Shown here in pieces: positions 1 through 11,632 of a stretch of DNA of 64,000 nucleotides. Positions within the stretch are counted from its first letter, which is position 1. Every line of letters starts with the position of its first letter. The position numbers were made by a program, and so were the translations under genes. This stretch comes from Camelus dromedarius (Eukaryota), in the NCBI RefSeq assembly GCF_036321535.1, contig NC_087436.1, positions 99,388,001 through 99,452,000 on the forward strand, given 5' to 3'. Under the pieces are notes generated by a model. It made no database searches. It saw only the letters and a list, made by a program, of their open reading frames with translations, and was not told the origin of the DNA.

Positions 1-304
1 AAGAAAAAAGTATCATTAGGTCAAGAGGAATCTGAGATCTGTTGGATATTATTGCAACAGTAGATTAAAGAGTAGACTCTTAGAAACATTCCTTAAAATA
101 GTTATCATAAGAGATATTTGAACAAATGGAAGGACTTTGCATGCCAATCAATGAGAATTTTTTGTCATATTCCAGGGATAGAAGTAATTGGGCTGACAAT
201 AAAACAGAATTAAGGTGACTTAGGAAGGAAATTTTGAATCAAATTCTGGAAATAGACTACATTGTAATTTCCAGCTAGCTGAGATTTTTCAGAAAGGGAT
301 GATA

Positions 305-690
305 TTGTGCCACTGTTGTATATTTGCTCTACCAGATGCTGTCTCTACTCTGCCCAGCTAAGCAGACTGACTCTTATGGAAGTATCACCTGAACACTCTG
401 GCCAGTGGGGCTAATAATAGATGCCAGCCTAGATATAAGTGAGCAGAATAGAGAGGTTGCCACTCTCTCACTGTTTCAGAAACCTTCTAAGCTTCAGCAA
501 CCCTCCAGAGTTCCAGCTTTCACCAGGTTCTAAGTAACACCAGTCCCTCCCCTGGCCCATTCAGTCCTTTCTATTCCTATTGATTCCTGGGGCCTTAGCT
601 TCTCTTCTTGGTTCCTTCAGACTTGTTCTTACTTCCTAAATAGTTCCTTTATTGAAATCTTCTCATTTGAATTATTTGAGTGTGGTTCAG
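305..690 (+). mobile_element. Old ERVL-class LTR fragment (LTR33-like)
   Basis: Ends ...ttcctaaatagttcctttattgaaatcttctcatttgaattatttgagtgtg, resembling the LTR33-type 3' end; heavily diverged, boundaries approximate. Confidence 0.45.
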
Positions 691-729
691 TGTAAATTCA
701 GGTATGATCCCTTCAAATATTTTAGAGGC

Positions 730-1180
730 TATATTGTATACTTGACATATATGTTATACTCAGTCACTGCTATTATTGATTTTATGCTCATATTGCTCCT
801 AAGTTGGCCAATGAAGCCCATTCAAGTTGGTGTCTCTCTTCTTTTGGCATGTACTCTCAAGTTTTTGAGTTCTTTCTCTCTGGTACAATAATACATTTTG
901 GGTTCACTATGTTTTTTCCCTGCCTTGGTACTGGAAATGACCATTTCTCTAAGGATCTTGGTTCCTTGTAGTAGGAGATAATATTTTAAAATGAATCAGT
1001 GTGCTAAATGTGCTCCTTTTTTTTGGAGTCATTGATTTTTTGACCCTTTCTCTGCTTTTAGCACTTAGGAAATATACACATTTATGAATTGTAAATTAAT
1101 ACTAACACTTCTGATTCTAATTCAACACAGCAGGATTCTTTTTGCCTGTCTCCTTTCATATTTATTATTCCTTTTTAAAA
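730..1180 (-). mobile_element. Ancient L1 (L1MC-like) 3' region fragment
   Basis: Motifs ttggccaatgaagcccattcaagttgg and ggaaatgaccatttctctaaggatcttggttcc resemble L1MC4/5 3' UTR in antisense. Confidence 0.5.
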
Positions 1181-1479
1181 GAAACTTACATTAATAAAAT
1201 TGATTTTATGTCTGCTGAGTTTACCTGATGAGCTAGCATAAGTCATGTTCTTCTGTTTTGAAACCACTGGAAATGAGGTGCTTTCTCATATCATAGGTAA
1301 GCACTCTTAATTCTAGAAATATATCTCATGTTAAAAAGTCTTGCATGGTGAAAGTACAAATTTTATTTATGGAATGATCACATACTGAATTTTATGATAG
1401 ATTAACGAAATACACATTTCCTAAGGAAGGCTACTGAGTCAGCCTTTATAAAAAGCAGTTTGAAGACTAATGTAATCGA

Positions 1480-1715
1480 GGTAAGGGATAATTAGGCTCA
1501 GTATGCTTAAATCAAGGTAGAGTAATAAATGGGAAGAAGTGGATATATTTGAAGATAGAATCAATAGATTAGTTATGGATGCAATGATGAATATTTGATA
1601 ATAAAAGAAGGAGAAGGGTCTAGGATAATTTTAGTATTTTACCTGTAAAGGACTTGAAGAATGAAGTTTCACTAAATTAAAATGAAAAAGACTGGAGAAG
1701 GAGCATATTTAGTCA
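1480..1715 (-). mobile_element. L2 fragment
   Basis: Purine-rich gaagatagaatcaatagatt...aagaaggagaagggtctaggataat...gaaaaagactggagaaggagca pattern typical of antisense L2. Confidence 0.45.
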
Positions 1716-2361
1716 GGACAGACTTAAGTTATCCTATGGTAGCATAATAAACTGTTCCAAAATTCCAAAGGCTAAAATCAACAAAGATTTATTTCCTATG
1801 ATGGCTCTCCATATGCCTTCAGAGTCCTTGCTAGATAGGATATTCTTATAATCCCTTTTAACAAGTAAGAACTTTTTTCATCTCTAGGTTTAATCTTCCC
1901 TGTCCACCTGGGGAATTAGAGTAAACCCACCCATTGCTTAGCAAACACTCCTTACATTTCTTAAAATTAGCATAACTGAGAATTAGTGACTTCAAACTAC
2001 AATTTTGTGGCTCTTATATTTGTTTTGCAAAGTTCTATTTTTTTATCACTATGAAATTTTTGCTTTTACTTTTCAGTGTACTTTCCTTTATAATCAACTT
2101 TTGATTCTTACAGACTAGAAAGTATGAGATAAACATGTTTATTAAAATAGGCAATATATGTCTATAGGCTCTGAATAGATCCTTCTTCCATGAGGTAAAT
2201 TTATGACCTATGTAATAGCTATTTGACTTAGATGCTTTAATGGATGCATTTTTCTTTTAAGTAATTAAATTTCCAGGTAACAAGGACATAGATGTCATTA
2301 ACTGTAGGAAGAAGAGAATGAGGCAAAGAAACATTCAGCATAACATAAGAAGAATCAAGAT

Positions 2362-2983
2362 AGACTAACTTTCTATTGCTGTATAGTAATTTACCACAAT
2401 TTAATAGCTTAAAACAGCAGACATTTATGAACTCAAAGTTTTGTAGGATAGGAATCCTGCATGACATTACTGGGTTCTCTGCTCACCAGGTTGAAATCAA
2501 GCTGAGCGCCTGTCTGGAGGCTCTGGGGTGAAATTCAGAATCCAAGCTCATTCTTGTTAGCAGAATTCAGTTTCTTGTGTTTAAAGGACCGGGTGGCTCC
2601 AATTTCCTTGTTAATCTTCAGCCAGAAGTCACTCTTAACTCCTAGAGGCTGTCTGCATCCCCTGCCATGTGGCACCCAAAATCTTCAAGCCAGCAAAGGC
2701 ACATCAGATCCTTCTTGGACTTTGAATTTCTGATTTCCTCCATCTCTGACCTCTAGACCTAGATTAAAGGGATCAGATGATTAGGTCAGGCTCACATGCA
2801 TAATCTCCCTATCTTAAAACTTTGGAACATTAATTATATCTGAAAAATCCCTTTTACCATAGAAGGTAACATAATCACAAGGAGTGGTATCTCTTGATAT
2901 TCTTAGGTTCCACCCACACAAGAGGAAGAGAGTATACAAAGCCGAGTGTAGTTTGGGATTACCTTGGAACTCTGCTCCCCCCC
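2362..2983 (-). mobile_element. MaLR solo LTR (MLT1D/E-like)
   Basis: Starts ctattgctgtatagtaatttaccacaatttaatagcttaaaacag (reverse of MLT1 3' end), then caagctcattcttgttagcagaattcagtttcttg and ccttttaccatagaaggtaacataatcaca. Confidence 0.75.
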
Positions 2984-3059
2984 GTAAGTGTTCTTAAAAA
3001 TATTAAATAATCTTTGTATTCTACATAAAATAGCTATAGAATATAAATGAAATGATTGT

Positions 3060-3470
3060 TTAGATTTGGGCAAGTGATTTTTAGGTAAGAAATCCTTGAG
3101 AATAAAATTTCATGTAAATTGTCCTAAAGTTTAAAGAAAAAAAAGATGAGGCATTAAGAAGAAAAATGCATAAAACAAAAGAATGCTCTGAAATAAAAAG
3201 GGTAACCATAAGATTGGCATATTTATGAGAAAAGCCACTCAAATCAAAGTTGGAAGTCCATGCATTGATTGTTAAAATGAAAAAAGAAATGATTGGAGTC
3301 CATTAGCTTATTAATTAATCAAAGTCCATTGTGTCTCAAAAGGTTTAAAATTGAACAATGTTCTAATAAGAATTTTTAAGAGTTTTATCCTATGACAAGA
3401 TCTGAAGACAGCCTTTTTCTCGGGGAAAATGTCAGGAATTATGATTAGATCAAGAGGGGGCCTCTTAAAA
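3060..3470 (+). mobile_element. Possible degenerate Tigger (pogo/CENP-B-like) transposase remnant
   Basis: Frame-broken words IVKMKK, PISLLINQ, KRFK..NNV and SLFLGKMS occur in the order of Tigger transposase motifs (IVEMEK, PLSL.LIQ, RFK.R..LHNV, GLFWKKMP); no TIRs seen. Confidence 0.3.
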
Positions 3471-4219
3471 TAGTTTCAGAGTAAATTGCTTCAACCAGCA
3501 TTTCTTCCCAGTGACCAGTTGGTGCTTGACAATGATAGGGTTAGGAAATTAAACAAACAAAAGGAAATTAAAAATATCAATGTCACAGATGTGTGGTTTC
3601 AAGAGGCCAGTCTAAGCCTTTATAAATGATCAGTGTAAGATTGAGTTATTTTTCTGGGAAATATCTTAGGTCAAAATTGCATAATGTAGCTCCTATAAAT
3701 ACCCACAGAATATTTATTTCTCTATTGCTTTATACTCAGCTCTTAACTTCTAAAGGGGAAATAGCATACCCTTACAATGGACACCTTCCTAAATGTCCGG
3801 AAGCTTCAGCTCTGTGCACAGTAACCACAAGAAGGAAGCATCCCCATTAACCACTCAATCTGATTATTAACCTCTAAAAATAAACACAGGTTGGAAAGCT
3901 TATTTCCCCCTAAGAAAGGGACATAGAAATCAATAATAACTTAGATTCTATTTGTGAACTAAAATGCTCAAGCTGCTGAATAAAATGTGTCACAATGTGA
4001 CAGTGTTAAAAAAAAAAAGCACTTATTGGAAAGACTTGCAAAAAAACTAGAATTACTTTTGATGGACTTTGGCATTTTTAAGATGACAATACATGCCAGC
4101 AAGGACCTGGAACAAAGAATAACAGAAATGATGAAAATATTTTCTGAGTATTTACTGAATGTAGCCATAAACTCTCTTAGATGCTTTCACATGCTCCCTC
4201 ATAAGTTAGAAACCAGAGT

Positions 4220-4430
4220 TTTAAGGCTTAATGATGTAAGCAGTGGGGTCAGTACTTTAATAATTAAATTTCTATTCTTGTAACAATTTGGACAAGTGAA
4301 ATATTCTCTATGTGCATCCCTTATTTTATCTGGAAAATAGAAATACTCTAATTACCTACTTCATAGTATTACTATGTCAGTAAGTGAGATGAAGCTGTAA
4401 AGTACTTAGAACAGTATTCAACTTGTAAGT
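4220..4430 (+). mobile_element. MIR SINE
   Basis: ttggacaagtgaaat...atctggaaaatagaaata...tacctacttcatagtatt...gtaaagtacttagaacag follows the MIR core/3' consensus. Confidence 0.65.
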
Positions 4431-4433
4431 ATA

Positions 4434-4453
4434 GATGATGATGATGATGATGA
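4434..4453. repeat. (GAT)n microsatellite, about 6.7 units
   Basis: Read directly. Confidence 0.9.
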
Positions 4454-4559
4454 CCTTATTTTATTCTCAAAAGCCCATGGCACCTGGCTTCCTGTCCAGG
4501 ATGTACAGAGCTGGAGCATGGCTCCCAGGCTCTAAACAACCATCAAATTCATGACTTTT

Positions 4560-5990
4560 GTTAAACCCAAGAGAGAGTTGAAGTTGCAGAGCCAACAACT
4601 GCCACATAATCATTTACTGCAGGGAGAGAGAAGACAGAAGCATACTTTCACTTGAGATAAACACAGCAGGGCACCAACAAAGAGAGTGCAGCTAGAAGAA
4701 GGGACAATTTGAATGCCAAGTATTGGCAGATGAGATAGTCTGAAAGTCTGAGGACTACGGATTTTGGGGGTATCTACACCTATCTCAGGGTCTTTCTCCA
4801 CAAACCCCACCAAACATTCATAGAAAAGACTGAAAAAAGTCCTGAGAAATTTCTATTGCAGTGCAGAACTGAGGGAGGTTAACAGCAGGGGCCATGTAAG
4901 AGGGGCAAGAAACTTCATCCAGATCCATCTTCTCCTGTTCATTCAAAGAAATGGGGTTCAATCATCACTGCTGCCCTTAGTTGAAAACTGATTGTAGCTA
5001 GGAGAGGAAATTTGCAGAGAAAACTCTACTCCTGGGGCAGGGCAGGGTTACATGCTGGACTCACAACTGTCGTGGCAGAAAAACAGCAGAACTGAAAAAC
5101 TAGACTCTTACAATGCAGGGACATGACGTATGCCCAAGAATAAGGCTTAATACAAATAAATTTTCACCCCCTACCACCAATCTAAGAAGTTTTTTTTTTT
5201 TCTTATTTACTATACTGTTATTTTATTTTTTTAAACATTTTTTATTGATTTATATAAGAAGTTTTGAATAATAAGTAGCCTAAAACTATTGCTGAGAAAT
5301 GGACAAAAGAAAAACAACATGCAAGACAATCAAATAGAATAACATCTTTAAAGTGCCAAAAAGGGAGGGAGAAAAAAACTACCACACCAAAATAATCTAC
5401 TAAGCAAAAATATGTTTCAAAAATGAGACTTTCTCAAACAAAAGCTAAGGAAATTAAAAGAGTTAAAGTATGTTTTTCAACTAGAAATGATATAGTAGAC
5501 TTAAACATGGGACCCTGCAAAGAAATAAATAGCATTGAAAATGATGTAAAGGAAAGGAAAGTTCATTACTGTGGGTTTATTTTTTTTTTTAATTTAAAGC
5601 TCTAAAAGATAATTGCCTAATGCAAAAAAATATCAGCAATATGCTGTGTGTTAGCATATCTAAAAGTGACAGTAAAAATAAGATGAGTTGGAATTGGGAA
5701 ACATTGTGGTCAGGTTCCTAACTACACAGAAAGTGATATAATACCATTTGAACTTAGACTCTAATTTAAAATAGACATTATAAACTTTAGTACAATGACT
5801 TTTTAAGAGATGTATAAACAATACATTGATGAGATTGTATAGCAGCTTTATACAAATATTAGCCAAATATTAGAAACAAAGCTGATGTCCTTCAACCAGT
5901 GAATGGGTACACAAACTGTAGTACATTCATATAATGGAATACATGAAATACTAATTAGCAATAAAAAGGAATATCTATTTATTGCAGAAC
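4560..5990 (+). mobile_element. Ancient L1M remnant: 5' region, ORF1 C-terminus and a 3'-end fragment
   Basis: 5335-5460 aataacatctttaaagtgccaaaa...aaaataatctactaagcaaaaatatgtttcaaaaatgag resembles ORF1p IFKVLKEK..PRILYPAKISFKNE; 5840-5975 gatgtccttcaaccagtgaatgggtacacaaactgtagtacattcatataatggaatac is L1 ORF2-end/3'UTR. Confidence 0.65.
5194..5254 (-). mobile_element. About 60-bp extremely 5'-truncated young L1 insertion with 11-bp TSD
   Basis: TSD taagaagtttt at 5183-5193 and 5255-5265; minus strand reads tataaatcaataaaaaatgtttaaaaaaa..., matching the L1 terminus at 12099-12126. Confidence 0.8.
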
Positions 5991-6310
5991 TTAAACTTTG
6001 ATAAATATTTTAAGCATTGAATTTCATTCCCTTCAAAAAGGCTTTTAATTTCATATATCTACTAAACAAGAAAGTACTCTTAATCCATCTTTCCTTTATT
6101 GTATTTTTAAAGAAAAATACAAATCTTTGAATTTCTTTCTATGAGCATATTTTTATAGAGCTTGATATATAATTTTGTATTATGATATTTCTTGCAAATG
6201 TTATAATGCAAGTTAGTGTGTATATATATGTATATAGTATATATACATAAAATACAGTATATGTATATCTATATGTATATATAATACAAGTTTGTGTATA
6301 CACATGTATA

Positions 6311-6602
6311 TAGTTGACCCTTGAACAATATGGGTTTGAACTACACAGGTCCATTTATGTGTGGGGTTTTTTAAATAAATATATTGTCAACCTTCTGTAT
6401 TCATGGATTTTGGATCAATGAATTCAGCCAACTGCAGATCTAAATTTTCATCTGTTGTTGGTTGAGTCTATTGACATGGATACAGAAGGCCAACTGCATT
6501 CATTGTACTATGTCAGTTTATGTTAGAACTTGAGCATCTGTAGATTTTGGTATACAATAGGGCTCTTGGAACCAATCTCCAGTGGATACCAAGGGATGAC
6601 AG
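6311..6602. mobile_element. Non-autonomous TcMar-Tigger DNA transposon (MER2B/MER8-like)
   Basis: Left end (c)agttgacccttgaacaatatgggtttgaact, right end ggaaccaatctccagtggataccaagggatgacag; TA on both flanks (6309-6310, 6603-6604). Confidence 0.85.
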
Positions 6603-6666
6603 TACAGTAATAAAATATTCATAACTAGATTATAACTTTCTTGGGAAGAGAACTTATATTTTGAAT

Positions 6667-6768
6667 TTTTTTTTTGATATTTATTTTTTAATGGAAGTAT
6701 TGGAGATCAAACCTAGGACCTTATGCATGCTAAGCGTGCACTCCACCACCGAGCTATTACCCTTCCCC
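6667..6768 (-). mobile_element. tRNA-derived camelid SINE (vic-1-like)
   Basis: Minus strand ggggaagggtaatagctcggtggtggagtgcacgcttagcatgcataaggtcctaggtttgatctccaatacttccattaaaaaataaata(A)n, with Pol III A box (tagctcggtgg), degenerate B box (ggtttgatctcc) and A-rich tail. Confidence 0.85.
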
Positions 6769-6845
6769 TGTGTTTGTATTATTGTTTGCCTTTCCTTAGT
6801 TCAGTTCTTATCAACAAAGCTAAATAGAAAAAGGGGCAGAAGTGA

Positions 6846-7298
6846 TGTGAAGGAAAAACCAGGCTGGGCTAACAAGATAACTCACAGGTCTAGGAATGTG
6901 AAGGAGAGGCTGGGCTGGGCTAACAAGTCTAAGTATTGGAATACTGATCTGAGTTCTGCTAGACTAACTTGTAAATCTAGGTTAATTAGTGTTGATTTGC
7001 TGTTTATGTGTTTTTGCTAGCCAGCTGGGTTTTCGAAGATACATATCTGGCTTTGGAATGTTGGTTTGCTGCCTCCCCGCCTCCACTTTTGTGATGATAA
7101 TGCTGCTAAAGCTGTTCCATGCCTATTGGCCAAATACCCCAAGCTTGTACTTTACCCTATAAAACCTCATGTGCCAGTCTTGAAGGTGCTTAGAGCTTCG
7201 GAGCAGAAGCCCCTCTGAGCCCGCCGGCGTAATACATCTGAATACTCCAACCCTCCGAGTGATGCTTGTTTCTTGACTGGCCTGTCGTTTCCGTAACA
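6846..7298 (+). mobile_element. Solo ERV1-class LTR (453 bp), relatively young
   Basis: TG...CA termini, 4-bp TSD GTGA (6842-6845, 7299-7302), TATAAAA 7158-7164, poly(A) signal variant AATACA 7231-7236, CpGs retained. Confidence 0.9.
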
Positions 7299-8285
7299 GT
7301 GAGACTATAGAATCACAGCTTTGATAGTAGAAAGAATCTTTAAGATATTAAGATTAAAATATTTTAAGATTAAAGTTTCTTTAAGAATATAAATATCCAG
7401 AAATCTTTAAGAATATTTAAAATTCTCAACTATAATCACTTTATTCACAGAAAAGGGAACAGACTATCCAGGTGATAAGAGAATGACCACTAAAATCTAG
7501 GCATTTTGACTCCTAAATCAATACAATGTTCTCCTCAGTACACATTGCTCGCTCTTATAAGGTAAATTACCTAGATCTGGTCCACATATTGTTGAAAAAC
7601 TCTTAAGACCAAATTCTGAATTTACTGCAGAGGTGGTAGCAAATCCTTTTTTAATGATGCATTTTCTTTCGTACTTTTATTAAGGGTAATGTTTGCATCA
7701 TATACATATATATGTAGATTTCCTGTTGTCCTGAGAGTGGAAATGAACTAGCTTTCAAAAGAATATGTAGTTCCCTTCCTCCCATAGTTAAATGCCTACA
7801 TTTCATTAAAAATTATGCTCCAGGTGAACTGTTAGGTATCAGCTTGTGACCTTGATAATAGCCAGGCATTTATGGAGAGCTATAATCTATGGAGCAGACT
7901 TCCCTCTACTTAAAAGCTGCTTGAATGTAGTTTTCAGTAGATAGACTTGCTTCTGAAGAGACTTTAAAGACTTCACATATGTTAATTATAGCAATCAAGA
8001 CTCATAAAACCTGGAATTTTACAACTTTTCAGAGAGCCTCTGGGAATAAAATATCTTCCAATTCAGTGGGCAAGTTAAATCCAATTATGCTTCCTTCCTT
8101 CTTTTGGCAGCCTCCCCTTTTGTACTCTTACAATCTGCAAATTTAGAAAAACACAGAAGAAAGAAAAGATCTAAACTCTACTATTATCAGGAAAAACGTA
8201 GTCCAATATTATCCTACCATTGTAAACTCTTCTACTGCCAAAAAGCTCCCTGTGTTTATTTGTAAAAAGATTGTGTTTTCTAGAG

Positions 8286-9016
8286 TGAAAAGAGAAAACT
8301 TGTCAACATTACGAGAATCTGTTATAGATACAGCCAAACCCCCCAGCCCCCCCCCACACACAGGGAAGCTACTTTTATGTTTCAAGTATCAGCACTTGCA
8401 ACCTTTTAGACTATCCTCATTTTTAATTGGAGAGAATTTAATTGGAGAGAAAGAAAACCAACTAAGGAGATGAAAAACTAATGCAAACAAAAAATTGCAG
8501 AACCACATATAAAAATAGTACACTGATCCACAACTTGCAGACACCTGCCTAGGAAGTCAACCCTCTTATATACAAGAAACAACACAGGAAGTTAGCCTGC
8601 TGTAAGTTATACTTGTAGGAAGTCAGACTGCTATCTTTAGGAACAATCTGAGGAGGTAAATAATAACTTCCATAACAATTAGCCCAAAATGTCCAGGACT
8701 TGATTAATAACTGACAGCTTCTTTTAATTTTGTCCCTGCTTCCAGTTGAGGACAAACCAAGGAAAATCAAATGTGTGACCCTTAATCAGTGACATAGGAT
8801 GCCTCATTTCTAGTTAGCGCACCTACAGTTTCCACCTACTAAATCTCTGATCAGGGCATACCTGAAGTCTTCCTTTTTTACTTTAAAGCTTCCCCATGCC
8901 TCTGCCTCTCTTCAAGTGCCAAAACACAAGTGGCAGTGTCTGACTCCCTTGCTAAAGCAAGTTCTGAATAAATAGCCTTTGTTTTTCTTATTTGGTTGGT
9001 CTTCTTTTATTTCCTT
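8286..9016 (+). mobile_element. Older solo ERV1-class LTR
   Basis: Starts TG, AATAAA near 8967, T-rich U5, candidate TSD AGAG (8282-8285, 9017-9020); terminal CA not preserved; internal gccaggacttgattaataactgacagctt-like motif of eutherian ERV1 LTRs. Confidence 0.65.
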
Positions 9017-9224
9017 AGAGCAAAAAAGCAACAAAAAACTCTCTGTTTCACAATCTCTAAAATGCTTGAATTTCCTCGTATTTCAAATATCTACTTCCAT
9101 GGGTAAACCTCATCTTTTTCATTGCTTTTTCTAATGTAAACTAGTAGAAATTATTTCACTTTGGGGGTATTTTGGTAGTTTATTTAAGTAATAAATTATG
9201 TATCTGTACATTTATTAGTATTCT

Positions 9225-9881
9225 TGTTGCTGGTAGATGCAGCCAGTGTCCAGGTTCCTGTCCCATCCCAGAAAGAATTCAGAGACAAAATGCAGAGGTT
9301 AAGAAAGAAAAGTGAGGATTTATCAAGGGATGGATAGTACACTCTCAAGGGGAGAGCCGGCAGGCTCAGGGGAGCAGCTGCCCTGAGTTTCTTTGGCAAG
9401 TTGGTTACATAAAGTATAAAAATGAATAGGTGGCATATTCATTGGGGAGGGAAGGGTTTGGGGTCGTATTCTCTAATTTTCACCCCAATTCCACCTTCCC
9501 AAAGGGAGGAGGGATTTTTATCTTTATTTAGTCTGGATGGAAAGTGTCATGGTATCATTGCATGATGGTACTTCTAATCTGAAAGGCTAGTTTTATTGAA
9601 ATAAGAGCATGATGAACAAAAGGTTACATTCGAACACTGGAGATCCCTGCCTTCTCCTACCTTTCTTTGTTGGCCTTCAGGACACTTGTCACCCCAAAAT
9701 GTATGAACGCTTATCAGCCCAGAGGTTCCTGCTTTTCTTTCTCTGCCCAGGGACCCCTGATGCTTACCTGATGTGTGGTTTCTTGCATTTGGCCTGTGCC
9801 CCCTCCTTTCTCCCCAATTCCTGCCATTTGGCCTGTGTCTCCCTTTCTCTGCTCATATCTAGCTATCTGCCTCCTCTAATG
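9225..9881 (-). mobile_element. Solo ERV1-class LTR (657 bp)
   Basis: 4-bp TSD TTCT (9221-9224, 9882-9885); left end tgttg; right end ctaatg (CA mutated); internal tandem catttggcctgtg units. Confidence 0.8.
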
Positions 9882-10266
9882 TTCTGATTCTGAATGCATT
9901 TTCACTTATAAAATCTATAATTTTTAAATGTTTTTCATTGAAAATCTAAGGTAAAATTATTACTATTATATGGGCATATGTGTGTATTTCTGTATATATG
10001 GGTGTGTGTAGAAAAATACATATTAAATTTTGATGTAGTAAAATATATATAATTCAATGAAACACAATATGTTTCATTAAACACTAAAATTTTATCTTCT
10101 TTCTGTATGTTTATTATTTAAGTAATCATATAACCAATAACTGGTAACATGATTTTCAAAATGTGTATTAAACTTAATTTTCTTTAGGGATCATTAGTAA
10201 TTTAAAATTGACTATGAATTATTCAACTATTAGAATATTAGTCAACAAGTATTTTAGCCCTGCCTT

Positions 10267-10734
10267 TGTCAACTGAAAAATATGCACAACGTGGGAGTTG
10301 TAAGTAAAGTTTTATTTGGGGCAAAATCAGGACTATAGCCCAGGAGACAGTGTCTCAGATAGCTCTGAGGAACTGCTCTGAAGAGGTAAAGGGGAAGCTC
10401 AGAAGAGGGGTAAGGCAGTCAAGCACACATTTTGGGAGAAGCTTGCTGCTAGTCACAAGAAGGTTGCTGCTAGTCACGAGGAGCAGGTGTCTCTATTAAT
10501 GATTTTAGTGCTTTTCTAGATATGAGAAATGCAAGAATTTGGGTTCATAAAATCTGAAAATATCTAACTATCTGAAGGCCTGTTCTGCCAGTTTTTTTCC
10601 CAGAGCACAGAATGTACTTCATTCCAGATATCTGCCCTGAACTCCTTTCAGGGTATGTTGAAGGTCAGCGACAGCAGTGGCTAATGATTTAATCCTTGTA
10701 GAGGCAGATGACAAGTGCCAGTTTTTAGTTGGCA
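10267..10734 (-). mobile_element. Solo ERV1 LTR, ungulate MER41-like
   Basis: tgtcaact...agttggca inverted termini; gttttatttggggcaaaatcaggactatagcccaggagacag...tcagatagctctgagg resembles MER41-type LTRs; reverse AATAAA near 10311; TSD not clean. Confidence 0.8.
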
Positions 10735-11632
10735 CTCTTATTTTTTTCTTACATTTTAAAGGAATAAATAAAGTCAGATTTTCCATATGTTACTCTTTCA
10801 CGAACTATATCTTTTTATAGATCTTGAACAATCTATTTAGAATTGTTTTGGTTTTGTTTTTCAATGTGAGAGCTTTGGCAGATTTATAATAGAAATTTTT
10901 CATAAATTTATCTTACAATAATCAAAGGACATTCGTGAAACAAAATCCATGTAATCATGAGTAGGCAAAGAGAATGTAGGACTATCTAAACTCAAATGTT
11001 ACATGGATTCTTATTCTATATGTCAGGCAAATTTATGCCATTAGTTACTTTCTCCTCAGCTGCTATCTTGTTATATAATCTCAGCATAGTTTGCGATATT
11101 TATCTTTTAGTTCAACTCTTTGTACAAGCCAGAGAGATGTGAGCATCTGCATATCAGGAATCTTACTGTATTGGTCTCTGTGGGTATTCACATCCTATTT
11201 TGCAAAGCTTACTACTTAACATGCAATAATAATTTCAAACTATACAATATTTCAGGCTTGTCATTACAGTTTATAATGTTCTTTTGTTATTGTTGTCGTT
11301 TTATTTACCTAATTTATTCAGTAGGCTGTGTGATCTATGAAGGATGAGATTTCATCTGTCCTGTCTCCTCCTAACTGTAATGTCTGGGGCATAACAGGTG
11401 CTCAACTAATATGTGGAATGACTTTACACTGGAAAATCTGGAACTTGTTTGCATAATTCTACTCCCCAAATTAGAAAAGTAAGCAAGAATGGAAAGGGCT
11501 AAGGTTAGGGAAGAGTAATATTGTCAGGAATATAAGGTTTTCCTTCTCTTTATCTATACAAAAGTGTTTAAGCAGCTTTCAGTAAGAATATGAATATTAC
11601 CTATTATTTATATACATACATGTATATATATA

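Noticed and set aside
3987..4283. 98-aa ORF
   Set aside because: Non-ATG start, spans an A-run, ends in a MIR, and has no recognisable domain or convincing splice sites.
6690..6768. tRNA gene
   Set aside because: Degenerate B box, no acceptor stem and an A-rich tail indicate a SINE.
6661..7020. Longest ORF (119 aa)
   Set aside because: Chance read-through of an antisense SINE into an LTR; the repeated GWANK reflects the LTR's internal duplication.
7335..7425. Repeated tttaaga(a)tat words
   Set aside because: Low-complexity AT-rich slippage with no regular period.
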